A DNA stretch of 64,000 nucleotides from an uncultured Clostridia bacterium (lineage in GTDB: Bacteria; Bacillota; Clostridia; TANB77; CAG-508): positions 1,589 to 65,588 of the forward strand of contig CATJWN010000050.1 of the NCBI GenBank assembly GCA_949745595.1. The letters run 5' to 3'. Numbering within the stretch: the first letter of the stretch is position 1; the number at the start of each line of letters is the position of its first letter. The notes under the pieces are model-generated. The model made no database searches. It saw only the letters and a list, made by a program, of their open reading frames with translations, and was not told where the DNA came from. This document shows positions 18,554 through 29,833 of the stretch, piece by piece. Both the position numbers and the translations under genes were made by a program.

Positions 18554-19723
18554 TTATGAATCTCTACTAAATAAATCACGTGTATAAACCTTTTTAGAAA
18601 ACGGTTTTAAACACTCTTCTAATCTATTAGCTATAATTACATCTGAAGCTTCTGCAAATTTCTCAAAATCGTGTATTACTTTGCAATCTGCATATTCATC
18701 AGCTTTCATTGTAGGTTCATAAATTACAATTTGAACATCCTCTTCTTTTAGTTTCTCAATAACGCCTTGAATTGCACTTGCTCTATAATTATCAGAATCC
18801 TTTTTCATTGTTAGTCTATATATTCCTACTACATCTGGATTTCTTTGCATTACACGGTCTGCTATATGTTTCTTTCTAGTTTTATTTGCTCTTACAATAG
18901 CTCTAATCAAATTTTGTGGTACATTATCAAAATTTGCAAGTAATTGCTTGGTATCTTTAGGTAAGCAATAACCGCCATACCCAAAAGATGGATTATTATA
19001 TCCATTTCCTACTCTTGGATCAAGGCTTACTCCTTCTATAATATCTCTTGCATTTAAGCCTTTTAATTCTGCATAAGTATCCAACTCATTAAAATATGAA
19101 ACTCTTAAAGCTAAATATGTGTTAGAAAATAATTTAATAGCCTCTGCCTCTGTCGGATTAGTAAACTTTATTACTACATCTTTTTTTAAACAACTATCTT
19201 TTAAAATTTTAGCAAACTTTTCTGCTCTTTCTGATTTTTCTCCGACTATAATTCTTGAAGGATATAGATTATCATACAAAGCTTTTCCTTCTCTTAAAAA
19301 TTCTGGTGAAAACATTATATTATCTATACCATATTTTACCTTAATATTTTCAATAAATCCTACTGGTATGGTTGATTTTACTACCATCGTAGTATCTATT
19401 TTCATAGACTTTACTTTTTGTATAATATCTTCAACAGATGATGTATCAAAATGATTCTCAACATCGTCATAATTTGTTGGTGTACTTATTATGATAAATT
19501 CAGCACCTTCAAAAGCCTCTTTATAATCTAAAGTAGCTTTCAAATTTAATTCTTTATTTTTAAAATAATCTTCAATATATTCGTCTCTTATTGGAGATAT
19601 TCGATTATTTATCATCTCAACTTTTTCAGGTATTACATCTAGCGCCACTACTTCATTTTTAATACTAAGTAATGTTGCTAAAGATAATCCAACATATCCA
19701 GTTCCTGCTACTGCTATTTTCAT
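18554..19723 (-). CDS. ugd: UDP-glucose 6-dehydrogenase
   Basis: KIAVAGTGYVG, FSPEFLREG, GYGGYCLPKD. Confidence 0.95.
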   Translation of the reverse strand: MKIAVAGTGYVGLSLATLLSIKNEVVALDVIPEKVEMINNRISPIRDEYIEDYFKNKELNLKATLDYKEAFEGAEFIIISTPTNYDDVENHFDTSSVEDIIQKVKSMKIDTTMVVKSTIPVGFIENIKVKYGIDNIMFSPEFLREGKALYDNLYPSRIIVGEKSERAEKFAKILKDSCLKKDVVIKFTNPTEAEAIKLFSNTYLALRVSYFNELDTYAELKGLNARDIIEGVSLDPRVGNGYNNPSFGYGGYCLPKDTKQLLANFDNVPQNLIRAIVRANKTRKKHIADRVMQRNPDVVGIYRLTMKKDSDNYRASAIQGVIEKLKEEDVQIVIYEPTMKADEYADCKVIHDFEKFAEASDVIIANRLEECLKPFSKKVYTRDLFSRDS

Positions 19724-19734
19724 AATTCTCTCCT

Positions 19735-20307
19735 TTATACCTTTATCCACTTATGCTCTTCAAAATTATATTGTTTTATAACTCTAGCTGGCACACCAGC
19801 CACCATAGAATAATCTGGCACACTTTTTGTGACAATTGAACCAGCAGCAATAATACACTTTTTACCAATACTAACATCTGGCAATATTATAACCCTCTCA
19901 CCTACCCAACAACCACTACCTATAGATACTTTACCATTTATTAATTCTTGCTCATAGTATGGTATTTCGCTTTCAGGATTTATACCATGATTTTCTGACG
20001 TTATTAATACATTACTTGCTATTATAGTATTTTCCCCAATTGTTATTTCATCTGTTACTAAGCAACTAAAATTGTATCCTATTATAACTTTCTTACCTAT
20101 TACTAATTTAGGAGAAAGTTTTTGATTAAAAAATTCTTTATAGCATTCTATTCGTGCTCCCTCTTTTATTCTTACATTATTTTCTAAAAATATATGTTCT
20201 GGATTAGATACTATTAATGGCTTTATTATCTTACTTCTCTTGCCAAGCAATAATGCTTTAAATTTTAAATATTTAACACGTTGTTTCAAGTTACTTAATA
20301 TTCTCAT
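19735..20307 (-). CDS. Hexapeptide-repeat O-acyltransferase
   Basis: LbH repeats; IGKKCIIAAGSIVTKSVP, VAGVPARVIK. Confidence 0.88.
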   Translation of the reverse strand: MRILSNLKQRVKYLKFKALLLGKRSKIIKPLIVSNPEHIFLENNVRIKEGARIECYKEFFNQKLSPKLVIGKKVIIGYNFSCLVTDEITIGENTIIASNVLITSENHGINPESEIPYYEQELINGKVSIGSGCWVGERVIILPDVSIGKKCIIAAGSIVTKSVPDYSMVAGVPARVIKQYNFEEHKWIKV

Positions 20308-20384
20308 TACATCTCCTATTCAAATTATTTTTAATAACAAGCTTTTTTCAATTCTTATTCTTACGTATAGCAAAAAAATTTATG

Positions 20385-21941
20385 CTATCTATCAGAAATG
20401 CTACTTTTGAACATTTTTTTTGCTAATGACATTGCTCTATCAAATTCATCATCTTTTATACTAAATAAAATATATAGTATAGATGAGACTAAGGTGCAAA
20501 CACATAAATTTGCTACTAACTGTATAAATAATCCATTAGTCTTAATTAGTGAACATAAAAAAACATTTGAAGAGACAATAATTAATAATAATAATAATTT
20601 TTGTATTAAATACTTTGTATAAGTTAACTTATATTTTTTTTCAAATACATCTATAAATAATCTTCTATAAAGCCATGGTATATTAATAATTATATAACTA
20701 CCAATAGTCGATAATAAGATCCCATATATTCCTATATAATTGACCAATATAATATTAGTAATCAAATTTACAATTGCTGTTATTAGTGGTCTAAATCTAT
20801 CTTCATGCCACTTACCTGTAGCTCCTTTATAATTTTCAAATAAAAACATAATCTCATATACAAAAAAATATAACGCAAATAAAAAAACACACTTATTATC
20901 CAACATATTTGCTTGTCCAACCCATTTTTTGATGAATGGTTGATACATACAAAGTAGACATGATATACAAAAACTCAAAACTCCCATTACAATAAACGTA
21001 ATAAATTTAAAATCTTTAAAATTATCATCAACTGACTTTATAATAAAATTTGTCCCTATTGATGCTCTACATGATTGATAAAAAATAGTAAAAAATGCAA
21101 TTAAAGCATTTAATATATAATAATAATTTTGATATATAGCTAATTCAACTAATCCTAAAAAAGCTGAAATAATTATCGAATCTACTGATGTAGTAACTAC
21201 TAGTCCAAGTTGACTGTAAAACAAATCTTTTATAGATGAATTAATAGCTTTAACTTCACTATCTTCTAGCTTTCCTTGAGCATTATAATTGGGATAAAAT
21301 TTGTTTGCTACAAATGCTATTAAAATATTATTTAATACTTGTGTTATTAATATTATAAATACATATAAATAATAATTTTTCATTAAAGTCAACAAAATGA
21401 TTTGTAAAAAATACATTATTGTGTTAGTTATTATAGTCACTTTACTAATAATGTCATTTCTTTGATGTGCCTGAAATAAAGAATTTTTATATGCAAACAA
21501 CCAATATGACAAAACCGTTGAAACTAAATTAAGGTAATATAAAATATATAAATTAATTTCAGAAGGAACTTCTCCATTTATTAATTTAGGTAAAATAGGT
21601 GTTAAACATATACCTATTCCTAAAATAACTGCACCTATAACTCTATAATATATTTTATAAAGTTGCATTAAAGCACAAATTTTTTTTGTATCATTTTCAG
21701 CAATTGGTCGATACATACTGAACACTAAAGCAGAACCAACACCTAATTCTGCGATATTTAACACTTGCAATATTGAATTAAATAAAGAATTCAAACCAGC
21801 ATACTTCATACCCAGAATTTTTATTATAATAGTTCTAATTATAAATGGCATTAGTAATTGATATATCTTTAAAATAGTGCCAAACATTAGATTTCTAGAT
21901 ACATTCTTAGTTTTATTTTCCATTGCCATATTCACCTGCAT
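20385..21941 (-). CDS. wzx: Polysaccharide flippase (Wzx)
   Basis: Many TM helices; LNIAELGVGSALVFSMYRPIA motif; location in the glycan locus. Confidence 0.85.
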   Translation of the reverse strand: MQVNMAMENKTKNVSRNLMFGTILKIYQLLMPFIIRTIIIKILGMKYAGLNSLFNSILQVLNIAELGVGSALVFSMYRPIAENDTKKICALMQLYKIYYRVIGAVILGIGICLTPILPKLINGEVPSEINLYILYYLNLVSTVLSYWLFAYKNSLFQAHQRNDIISKVTIITNTIMYFLQIILLTLMKNYYLYVFIILITQVLNNILIAFVANKFYPNYNAQGKLEDSEVKAINSSIKDLFYSQLGLVVTTSVDSIIISAFLGLVELAIYQNYYYILNALIAFFTIFYQSCRASIGTNFIIKSVDDNFKDFKFITFIVMGVLSFCISCLLCMYQPFIKKWVGQANMLDNKCVFLFALYFFVYEIMFLFENYKGATGKWHEDRFRPLITAIVNLITNIILVNYIGIYGILLSTIGSYIIINIPWLYRRLFIDVFEKKYKLTYTKYLIQKLLLLLIIVSSNVFLCSLIKTNGLFIQLVANLCVCTLVSSILYILFSIKDDEFDRAMSLAKKMFKSSISDR

Positions 21942-22008
21942 TTCTACATATTTTTCTACTCATACTATTAAAGCAAGATACATACACTTATTTATACAGT
22001 AACCTTTC

Positions 22009-22998
22009 TCAAATACTTAAATCTTTATACAATTTATTTAAAAAAGTATCTACTGAAAAATAAGCTTTTCCTTCGTCACTGTATTTTACTTGTCCAGCTT
22101 TTTCAAAAAATTCTTTAGTTATATCTTCTGCTGAATTTATAACTAAAATATATCTTTCATCATAAAATGGCGCATTTTTTACATTTTGATTAGTCGTTAT
22201 TAATAATTTATCATAATAAACTGCTTCACAAGTTTTTATTGTGAAACCAGTAGACTCTCCTTGTATAATATCTATTAAACAACTAGATTCTTGTATATTC
22301 TTTAAACATTCATTATATGTAAGAAATTTATTGTATTGGATTTCATCTTTATGCTTTTGATTTTCTTCAGGAACATCTACAATGTAAAATTTTCTATTGA
22401 TTCCCAACTCTTCTAATTTATCATAACAGTTCATTAACATATTATATCTATCTTTAGCTTTTCCAACATAAAAAACTTGATTTTTTTCTTTTACATCAAT
22501 ATGATTATATGAATAAATTAATGGAAAATATTTAAAATTATATTTTTTTGAGTCCTCTAAATCAAAGGCATATACAACATCATACCAATCATTTAATTTA
22601 TCTAAATACTTTTTCTCCATTGCAGCAGTATAATTAACAATATTGGTAAAAATATAAACTAACTTTATATTTTTAAACTCTTTTCTTAAATACTTTGAAA
22701 AACTAACTTCTCCACCAAACGTATTATGGTCATAAATCAAAACACATAATTCATCACCATCGTTTATATTTTTCTTAATATATTTTTTTATATCTTTATA
22801 CCAAAATGATTTAAAAGGAAGTTGTATTTTACTATTTATTTTATAGCTAAAATATATTTTTGCTAATTTGTTTTTTATATTACCTTCTACTGGAATTTTC
22901 TTATTTAATAAATATATATTTTCATGTTCCTTTATCCCTTGCAATGATTTTTCGCACCAGTCAACACCATTGCCCAATATAAATAATCTATTAGCCAT
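22009..22998 (-). CDS. Putative glycosyltransferase (GT-B-like), paralog of 27099-28109
   Basis: C-terminal FYVGKAKDR...DIIQGESTGFTIKTCEA...LITTN motif shared with the 27099 gene. Confidence 0.6.
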   Translation of the reverse strand: MANRLFILGNGVDWCEKSLQGIKEHENIYLLNKKIPVEGNIKNKLAKIYFSYKINSKIQLPFKSFWYKDIKKYIKKNINDGDELCVLIYDHNTFGGEVSFSKYLRKEFKNIKLVYIFTNIVNYTAAMEKKYLDKLNDWYDVVYAFDLEDSKKYNFKYFPLIYSYNHIDVKEKNQVFYVGKAKDRYNMLMNCYDKLEELGINRKFYIVDVPEENQKHKDEIQYNKFLTYNECLKNIQESSCLIDIIQGESTGFTIKTCEAVYYDKLLITTNQNVKNAPFYDERYILVINSAEDITKEFFEKAGQVKYSDEGKAYFSVDTFLNKLYKDLSI

Positions 22999-23528
22999 TA
23001 TAAACTCCTATTAAATCTTTTTTCCAAAATTTCCTTTTTATTCCTATAGGAATAATCTGCAATACATAACAAATCGTCTTTATGACTATTTTCATACTTT
23101 TCAATATCTCCTATAACCTTAGCAGGAACTCCTCCTACAATTTCACCATCCTTTACATCTTTAGTTACAACGCTCCCAGCAGCAATAATGCAGTTATTTC
23201 CTATATTGACATTCGGAAGTATTATAGCTCTTGCACCTATAAATACATTATCTCCAACATTAATCGTACCATATAACGACGCATTAGGATATTTATTTCT
23301 CAATACATGTGTTCCTCCATCGTGAGTGACGAAAGCTACATCAAAACTTACCCTAACATTATTTCCTATTGTTATTAAATATGGTTCTGAAGAAAATGAA
23401 ATATTACGTCCAACAAAAGAACAATTTTCACCAATATTAGCTCCTAAATATCTATAATATGAAGATAAGGAAGGATCTTTTCTACTCTTAATAAAATATA
23501 TAAGCATATTCTTTATTTTACTTAGCAT
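22998..23528 (-). CDS. Hexapeptide-repeat acyltransferase
   Basis: [42 protein letters not shown]. Confidence 0.88.
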   Translation of the reverse strand: MLSKIKNMLIYFIKSRKDPSLSSYYRYLGANIGENCSFVGRNISFSSEPYLITIGNNVRVSFDVAFVTHDGGTHVLRNKYPNASLYGTINVGDNVFIGARAIILPNVNIGNNCIIAAGSVVTKDVKDGEIVGGVPAKVIGDIEKYENSHKDDLLCIADYSYRNKKEILEKRFNRSL

Positions 23529-23554
23529 ACTACCTTTACCTTTCAAAAAAACTT

Positions 23555-24427
23555 CTATTTATGACTATCAACTATAAAGAAAGGATTTCTACGTGAATTG
23601 TTTCCTAGTGATAAAATATAATCTGAATTCTTACCATTTTTCCATAATGAATATGTAAAACTTAATTGATCCCTTTTGGTCCAAGTATTCATTTCACTCC
23701 ACCAGTCATTCATAATCTTTTTACATTCTTCATCATTATGCTTTCTTATTACTATATTAGTTTCAAATAAACCAAAATTTTTAGGGAAACCATCAGCTTT
23801 ATATTTAGACATTTGAGCTCTAAGCATTTTTCTGCTTGCCTTTCCAGCAGCATAGATAGCATTTGACTCATCATATACACAATCTCTAACCTGATGCTTG
23901 TGTATTGCCATTACTTTTTCTTTTTCTATCATAGTATAAAACAATGGTCTTATATCACACGTAATTCTAATATTCCCATCAATAAACATAGAATAATCAT
24001 AATCTTCAAAAAATTCATGTGGATGTGTTTTTATATATCTTGCTTGGTCTAATGATGGTAAATTTTTTATATTATCAGGTATTTCTTTTCTTTTCCATAC
24101 AGAATCACCTTTTATTTCTTGCTCAGTAAAAACAAAATAATCTATATTTTTATCTATGTAAATTGGTTCTTGGACATCATCATATCTACCTGTGCTTACA
24201 GTATAAATAGCAATCTTTATATTATCAAAAACTTTTGTCGTTGGCTCAAAAACATTAAATTTTGCCATCTCTTTTCTTGCTCTTCTACACTGAAATACAT
24301 ATCCGGAAGAAATATAACGTCCCAATTTTTTTATTTTTTTAACTAAACTATTGTGGACATTTTTAGAATAATCCATTTCTAGAACGCCTTTATACACTTC
24401 AAAAACAATATCATTTAATTCATTCAT
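23555..24427 (-). CDS. Glycosyltransferase (DUF616-like)
   Basis: [32 protein letters not shown]. Confidence 0.75.
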   Translation of the reverse strand: MNELNDIVFEVYKGVLEMDYSKNVHNSLVKKIKKLGRYISSGYVFQCRRARKEMAKFNVFEPTTKVFDNIKIAIYTVSTGRYDDVQEPIYIDKNIDYFVFTEQEIKGDSVWKRKEIPDNIKNLPSLDQARYIKTHPHEFFEDYDYSMFIDGNIRITCDIRPLFYTMIEKEKVMAIHKHQVRDCVYDESNAIYAAGKASRKMLRAQMSKYKADGFPKNFGLFETNIVIRKHNDEECKKIMNDWWSEMNTWTKRDQLSFTYSLWKNGKNSDYILSLGNNSRRNPFFIVDSHK

Positions 24428-24461
24428 ATACTTTATCTTCTCTTTTCCTGTATTACCTTTT

Positions 24462-25508
24462 TTACATCATAAAATATGTTTTATAAACTTCTATACCACT
24501 ACCGCTATTATATACAGCATTTAACATTAACAAAATTGGTACACAATAAACTCCTATTTTTATTAAAGGTCTATAATACGATTTCATCTTAGTTATACCA
24601 AGTGGTATTGATATTAATAAAAATAGATTTAGTGATTCTATAATTCTCGAAAAGAACTCGTACTTTAAATATAGTACTCCAAAATTCATATTAACAAATG
24701 CTATATTAGCTAATAGACTAAGGGTTTGTTTATCCTCTTTTTCTTCAACTCTACGTGAAAAATACCATACTAATATTGCTATAATAACAGTTAACATAGT
24801 AGTCATTCTAAATAATCTGTTTACATTATATTCTGTAAGATAGAATGATTTACCTACAAGTGGTAATACTGCATTTACTATTTTATTTCCAAATATAAAA
24901 CACACTGCACTTGATATAATAATCAACTTTCGCATTAATTTCCAATTCTTAAAACAATTAAATAATAAAGGAATTAACATAAGGTATGCAGTCACATGAA
25001 ATAATGAACCAATTATAATTATTAATAATCCTTTTATATATTTTTTATCCATAATAAATTGATAAGAATTGATGGCAATAGATATTGCTAAAAATTGCCT
25101 CATAATATTGAAAGAGTTTGGATATAACATACAAGCAAATATAAAAGTACTTATATATACATTTATTGAATTTTTATATATGAAATGTGCAAATCCAAAC
25201 ATAGTTACAGAACTTATAATCATTAGCATTTGCTGTGATGTTAAATTAAGCTTGTGAAAAATATTATATAACATTTGAAATCCGTATTCGAAATGTGTAA
25301 ACTGCCAAGAATAAAATTGGCTATTTAAGTAATTATTATATATGTCAACATAAAATTTAGTGTCTGTTCCAACACTAATATCTCTCAACCCCTGAATTAA
25401 TATCATTTGTAAAAAACAAATTGTCAAATATAATTTTTTATGTTTTGGGTTATATTTTAGTATAACGCCTAATATCACTATAATTAATAAATTATATATA
25501 AAAATCAT
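24462..25508 (-). CDS. wzy: EpsG-family Wzy polymerase
   Basis: GLRDISVGTDT, FEYGF, NIMRQFLA, SLFHVTA; multiple TM helices. Confidence 0.85.
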   Translation of the reverse strand: MIFIYNLLIIVILGVILKYNPKHKKLYLTICFLQMILIQGLRDISVGTDTKFYVDIYNNYLNSQFYSWQFTHFEYGFQMLYNIFHKLNLTSQQMLMIISSVTMFGFAHFIYKNSINVYISTFIFACMLYPNSFNIMRQFLAISIAINSYQFIMDKKYIKGLLIIIIGSLFHVTAYLMLIPLLFNCFKNWKLMRKLIIISSAVCFIFGNKIVNAVLPLVGKSFYLTEYNVNRLFRMTTMLTVIIAILVWYFSRRVEEKEDKQTLSLLANIAFVNMNFGVLYLKYEFFSRIIESLNLFLLISIPLGITKMKSYYRPLIKIGVYCVPILLMLNAVYNSGSGIEVYKTYFMM

Positions 25509-25532
25509 AATATACTCCTATAAATATGCCTC

Positions 25533-26237
25533 TTATAATTTTACCTCGCTTAGTTTTTTTAGTCTATATATCCTTCTTTTAATTTTATTTAATAATGAAT
25601 ATCCTTTTTCAAAGCCACCGTTGGAAACATTTTTATCGTGTCTTCTGTAATAAATTAACGGTTCCTTAATAAGTTTAACATTAAAATATCTATAAGCCAC
25701 AGCCACAAGCCATATATCGTGTTCAACCAAATCATCTCTTTCTGGAAATGGCATTGCTGCATTTAGGACTTTTCTATTAAAAGCTATACAACACCCAAGA
25801 TATCTTGATTTTATTAAGTGATTTATAAAACCAGGTTTTATATTGAATGATTCAAATCTTGATTGTTGAATAATTTCAAGTTTTTCATTTATTGTTATGC
25901 AGTCAGAAATAGCCATATCACATTCATTTAAAGCCTCTATCGTTTTTTTTACTTTATTTTCCATCCAAATATCATCTTGATCAGATAAAAATATTATATC
26001 ACCTACACATTTTTTTAAAGCATTTTCAAAATTATGTGTAAATCCATGAATACCATCATTTATATATATTTTTATTCTGCTATCATTTAGTTCTTTAACT
26101 ACTTCTAGTGTTTTATCTTTTGAACCATCATCAGAAATAATAATTTCATCATTTGAACCTATCTGCTTTAAAATAGATTCTAATTGTTCTTTTATATATT
26201 TTTCGCCATTATATGTTGCTATACATACTGAAATCAA
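25533..26237 (-). CDS. GT2 family glycosyltransferase
   Basis: ISVCIATYNGEKYIKEQL, SDDGSKD, FLSDQDD. Confidence 0.92.
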   Translation of the reverse strand: MISVCIATYNGEKYIKEQLESILKQIGSNDEIIISDDGSKDKTLEVVKELNDSRIKIYINDGIHGFTHNFENALKKCVGDIIFLSDQDDIWMENKVKKTIEALNECDMAISDCITINEKLEIIQQSRFESFNIKPGFINHLIKSRYLGCCIAFNRKVLNAAMPFPERDDLVEHDIWLVAVAYRYFNVKLIKEPLIYYRRHDKNVSNGGFEKGYSLLNKIKRRIYRLKKLSEVKL

Positions 26238-26255
26238 TGTAAAAACCTCTCTTTA

Positions 26256-27095
26256 TTAATCTGCATTTGTATTATCATTCATTATACTTTCAATCTTTGT
26301 TCCATCTCCCCATACAGCTTTTGAATCATAAGGTCTATCTGGAAAAGCACCATATTGTAATTTAATATCATAATTATTCTCTTTTATAAATCTTTCTACC
26401 CTATCAGCTAATTTTTCTGGTTTGCCAGAACAAATATTTATAACTCCATTTACTTCATTTTGAGTTACTGTTTTAGCTACCTGTATACAAAAATCATCAT
26501 AATTTATAAAATCATATTGATTTTGTCCCATTGTAAATGGAAATTCTTTTTTCCCTTCATTAACTGCAGCTGTAATTTTTGAAAAAATAGAAGAGCCATA
26601 CTGAGAATTCCCAACAATATAATAACCTCTCAACCATTGATATTCTATATTCTTTTGCTTTGCTAACATTTTTACCATATCTCTTAATGCATTTTTACTA
26701 ATTCCATATAAGCTAAGTGGATTACAAGGTGTATCTTCTTTTATTGCACCTTCCCAAAATCCCACTTCGTGCATACTACCCATTACAGCTATTTTCTTAA
26801 TGCCACCATCGACTAATTTCTTTAAAAATTCATAGTGATGTGGTAAGTCAATTATATGATTATCTGAATAGTGTACAAATCCATCTCTCCAAGCCATATG
26901 CAAAACTACATCTGGTCTTTCAAAAAACTCGTATGGATTTTCTAATTCAAATAAATTTGCACTTATTTTATTAGCTCTATCATCAATTCTATCTATCCTA
27001 AAATCTGTTGCAATAACTTCTATTTGATTATCAAGTAAAGTTTTTACCACTCCTTGTCCTAAATAACCATTTGCTCCAGTAACTAAAATTTTCAT
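26256..27095 (-). CDS. NAD-dependent epimerase/dehydratase (NDP-sugar)
   Basis: ILVTGANGYLG Rossmann motif, YGISK (YxxxK). Confidence 0.88.
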   Translation of the reverse strand: MKILVTGANGYLGQGVVKTLLDNQIEVIATDFRIDRIDDRANKISANLFELENPYEFFERPDVVLHMAWRDGFVHYSDNHIIDLPHHYEFLKKLVDGGIKKIAVMGSMHEVGFWEGAIKEDTPCNPLSLYGISKNALRDMVKMLAKQKNIEYQWLRGYYIVGNSQYGSSIFSKITAAVNEGKKEFPFTMGQNQYDFINYDDFCIQVAKTVTQNEVNGVINICSGKPEKLADRVERFIKENNYDIKLQYGAFPDRPYDSKAVWGDGTKIESIMNDNTNAD

Positions 27096-27098
27096 TAT

Positions 27099-28109
27099 CT
27101 AATCTCCTAACCGTTCTAATATTTTCCTAATCCATTCCCTTAGCGAATACTTTCGATATATTTCTTCAGGAATTTCTTTATACTCACTTTGAAAAAACAC
27201 ATCATTAGTATTAACATTTTCATCAAAAACTAATATATTTTCTGGGCAATAAAAATCATAATTTATAATATCTTTATTTTTAGTAATTAACTTTTTCTTT
27301 GCCCCTAAACACTCCATTGTCCTAATCGTTAGTCCATTTTGCCCTTCTTGTGGAGCATCTAATATACATTTTGAATCTTTAAAAATTTGCATTATTTCTT
27401 GTGTTGACAGTTTCTCATAATTAAAATATTTTAAATTATAACTTTTATATTCTTTATTTCTTACCTTGTGATATAAATATTTCAATCTGCTAGGTAAAAA
27501 ATGATATATATATTGTTTTTGAAATACTCCTTTAAGCTCATTTGACATTTTATTAATCCAATATAACTTTTGAGGATGCGCTGTTCCTATATAAGACACA
27601 TCATATTTAAATGTTTTATTTATTTCATTTCCTATTTCCTCATAATTTCTAATATAAAACAATGGGAAAAATTTATATGCACTATTTTTAGATGCATCAA
27701 TACGATCAAAAGTATATATACTATCAAAAAATTGGTGTATATCTTTTACAAAAGGTAAATTTTTTTCGCCATCCCACTGATATATAACAAACTTTGCTTT
27801 AGATTGTTTTTCTCTTAAATCTTTAATAATTTCAGGTGAAAAAGAAAACGTCATAGCAACAATAAAAAAAACATAGTCGTATTTCTTAGCTGTTATTTTT
27901 GGCAATATGGCATTTTTATAATAATTCCTCATTGGAAGTTGAACACTTTTTTTACTTATTCTACTTAATGCCTTAAAAAAGCTAGAATTATTAGCAGAAT
28001 CACAAAAAAAATCTACTTCATAACCTAACAATTCCAATTCTTTGATTACTTCTTTGTAATAACCAAAAAACAATGGTGCAATCAATAAGATTTGTTTTTT
28101 ATTTTCCAC
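27099..28109 (-). CDS. Putative glycosyltransferase (GT-B-like)
   Basis: YIGTAH...LDAPQEGQNGLTIRTMECLG...LITKN; in the glycan locus. Confidence 0.6.
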   Translation of the reverse strand: MENKKQILLIAPLFFGYYKEVIKELELLGYEVDFFCDSANNSSFFKALSRISKKSVQLPMRNYYKNAILPKITAKKYDYVFFIVAMTFSFSPEIIKDLREKQSKAKFVIYQWDGEKNLPFVKDIHQFFDSIYTFDRIDASKNSAYKFFPLFYIRNYEEIGNEINKTFKYDVSYIGTAHPQKLYWINKMSNELKGVFQKQYIYHFLPSRLKYLYHKVRNKEYKSYNLKYFNYEKLSTQEIMQIFKDSKCILDAPQEGQNGLTIRTMECLGAKKKLITKNKDIINYDFYCPENILVFDENVNTNDVFFQSEYKEIPEEIYRKYSLREWIRKILERLGD

Positions 28110-28261
28110 CTATTTTTCTCCCTTTTACTCTTTTGAATTCTTTCACATTATATCATTGCCATTTATAAAAAGCAATAAAATTTTCTTCAAATATACATTT
28201 ATGTCCAAAATTTCACAAATAAAAAAAGTATTAAGTCTTATACTTAATACTTTTCTCTCTG

Positions 28262-29626
28262 TTACATAGCTCCTTCTTTTTTGATAACTGATTCTACAGT
28301 CTTGAATAAGATTTTTATATCTAATGGTATTGATAAATTTTTAGCATAAAAGCTTTCCATTTCTACTCTTTCATTATAAGATGTATCACTTCTACCATTT
28401 GCCGCCCAGTATCCTGTTACACCAGGTTTTACAGATAGTACTAAAGTTTTGTTTTCTCCAAAAAGTTCAATTTCTCCATCAATTACAGCTCTTGGTCCAA
28501 CTAAGCTCATCTCACCTTTTAATACATTGATGAACTGTGGAAATTCGTCTAAACTTGTTTTCCTTAAAATACGTCCTATTTTTGTAATTCTTGGATCATT
28601 TTTAAGTTTTCTATTTTCTTCCCATTCTTTTCTTGCTTCTTCGTCATTTGCAAGTAATTCTTCAAGTTTTGCATCGGCATCTACAACCATACTTCTAAAT
28701 TTGTACATTTTGAAGTGTTTTCCATATCTGCCAATTCTTTCATGGGAATAAATAATTGGTCCTTTGTCGCCTGAAACAAAATTTGCAATTGCTACAACAA
28801 CTGTTAGTGGAAGTAATATTGTGATTCCTACTAACGCTCCTACTATATCAATCATTCTCTTCAAGATTGATGTAAGAGCTTCTTTTATTGTTATGTATGT
28901 ATAATCTACTAAGCTAATAGTATTTCTTCTTTTTAGAGTTATTAGCATTGTTATTAATAATATTTTGAAATCTATCCAAAAGCCCTTGTTGTAGTAATAT
29001 CTAGTGTCCATATCTAGTCTATCTAATAAATCCATTTTTGTTCTTCCAGATATTTGATATACACCTGTTAATCCTGGTTTAATTCTTGTTATGTAAGAAT
29101 AATATGTCCCCATCTTTTTCTTATCTTCTAGAGTATATGGTCTTGGTCCGACTAAAGACATATTTCCAAGTAATATATTTATAAATTGGGGTAATTCATC
29201 TAAATATGTAGAACTAAGTATCTTCTCAAACTCTGAACCAGGTGTCCCCCTAAATCTAAACATTTTAAATACTTTACCATTTTTTCCAATTCTTTTCTCT
29301 GTTTTGAAAACAGAACCATAATCGCCATTTTTTGCATTTTGAAACATTACTACAAATGAAAAAGGTATCAATAAAACTATACCCAATATTGCAACAATAA
29401 TTCCTAAAATTCTTATGATTAATGCTTTTAATAATTCTTTTGTTCTATTGCAAATCCTCGTAAATGTTCTTTCCCTAATATTTTCAACATCAAAAGGTAT
29501 CGCAATCCAATTTTCTTCCAAAATAATTCCCTCCATATAAAAGTTTATTTTTGAAGTCCTATTATACGATATGTCTACATTTTCTATTATACTACGTTTA
29601 GGCTTGTATTTCAACCTTTGAGACAT
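28262..29626 (-). CDS. Priming (undecaprenyl-phosphate) sugar transferase with two tandem bacterial sugar-transferase domains
   Basis: Two copies of xDELPQFINxLxGxMSLVGPR...KPGxTG and R...D..Y. Confidence 0.88.
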   Translation of the reverse strand: MSQRLKYKPKRSIIENVDISYNRTSKINFYMEGIILEENWIAIPFDVENIRERTFTRICNRTKELLKALIIRILGIIVAILGIVLLIPFSFVVMFQNAKNGDYGSVFKTEKRIGKNGKVFKMFRFRGTPGSEFEKILSSTYLDELPQFINILLGNMSLVGPRPYTLEDKKKMGTYYSYITRIKPGLTGVYQISGRTKMDLLDRLDMDTRYYYNKGFWIDFKILLITMLITLKRRNTISLVDYTYITIKEALTSILKRMIDIVGALVGITILLPLTVVVAIANFVSGDKGPIIYSHERIGRYGKHFKMYKFRSMVVDADAKLEELLANDEEARKEWEENRKLKNDPRITKIGRILRKTSLDEFPQFINVLKGEMSLVGPRAVIDGEIELFGENKTLVLSVKPGVTGYWAANGRSDTSYNERVEMESFYAKNLSIPLDIKILFKTVESVIKKEGAM

Positions 29627-29833
29627 AAAAATTACAAAAATGTCACATTTCCGTAAGGTTTGTTACTATTTTGATATGTTGTAAAATTGTCCAATTGTTG
29701 TTCGCTCTAAGTTTACATAATTTTGCTAGCTTTTATTGTATTTTTTCATTTTTTACAAAAATCACAATAAAATGACAATTTATTCATAAAAATAAAAAGT
29801 TGCACTTTACTCGTGCAACTTTTATTTTAGCCT

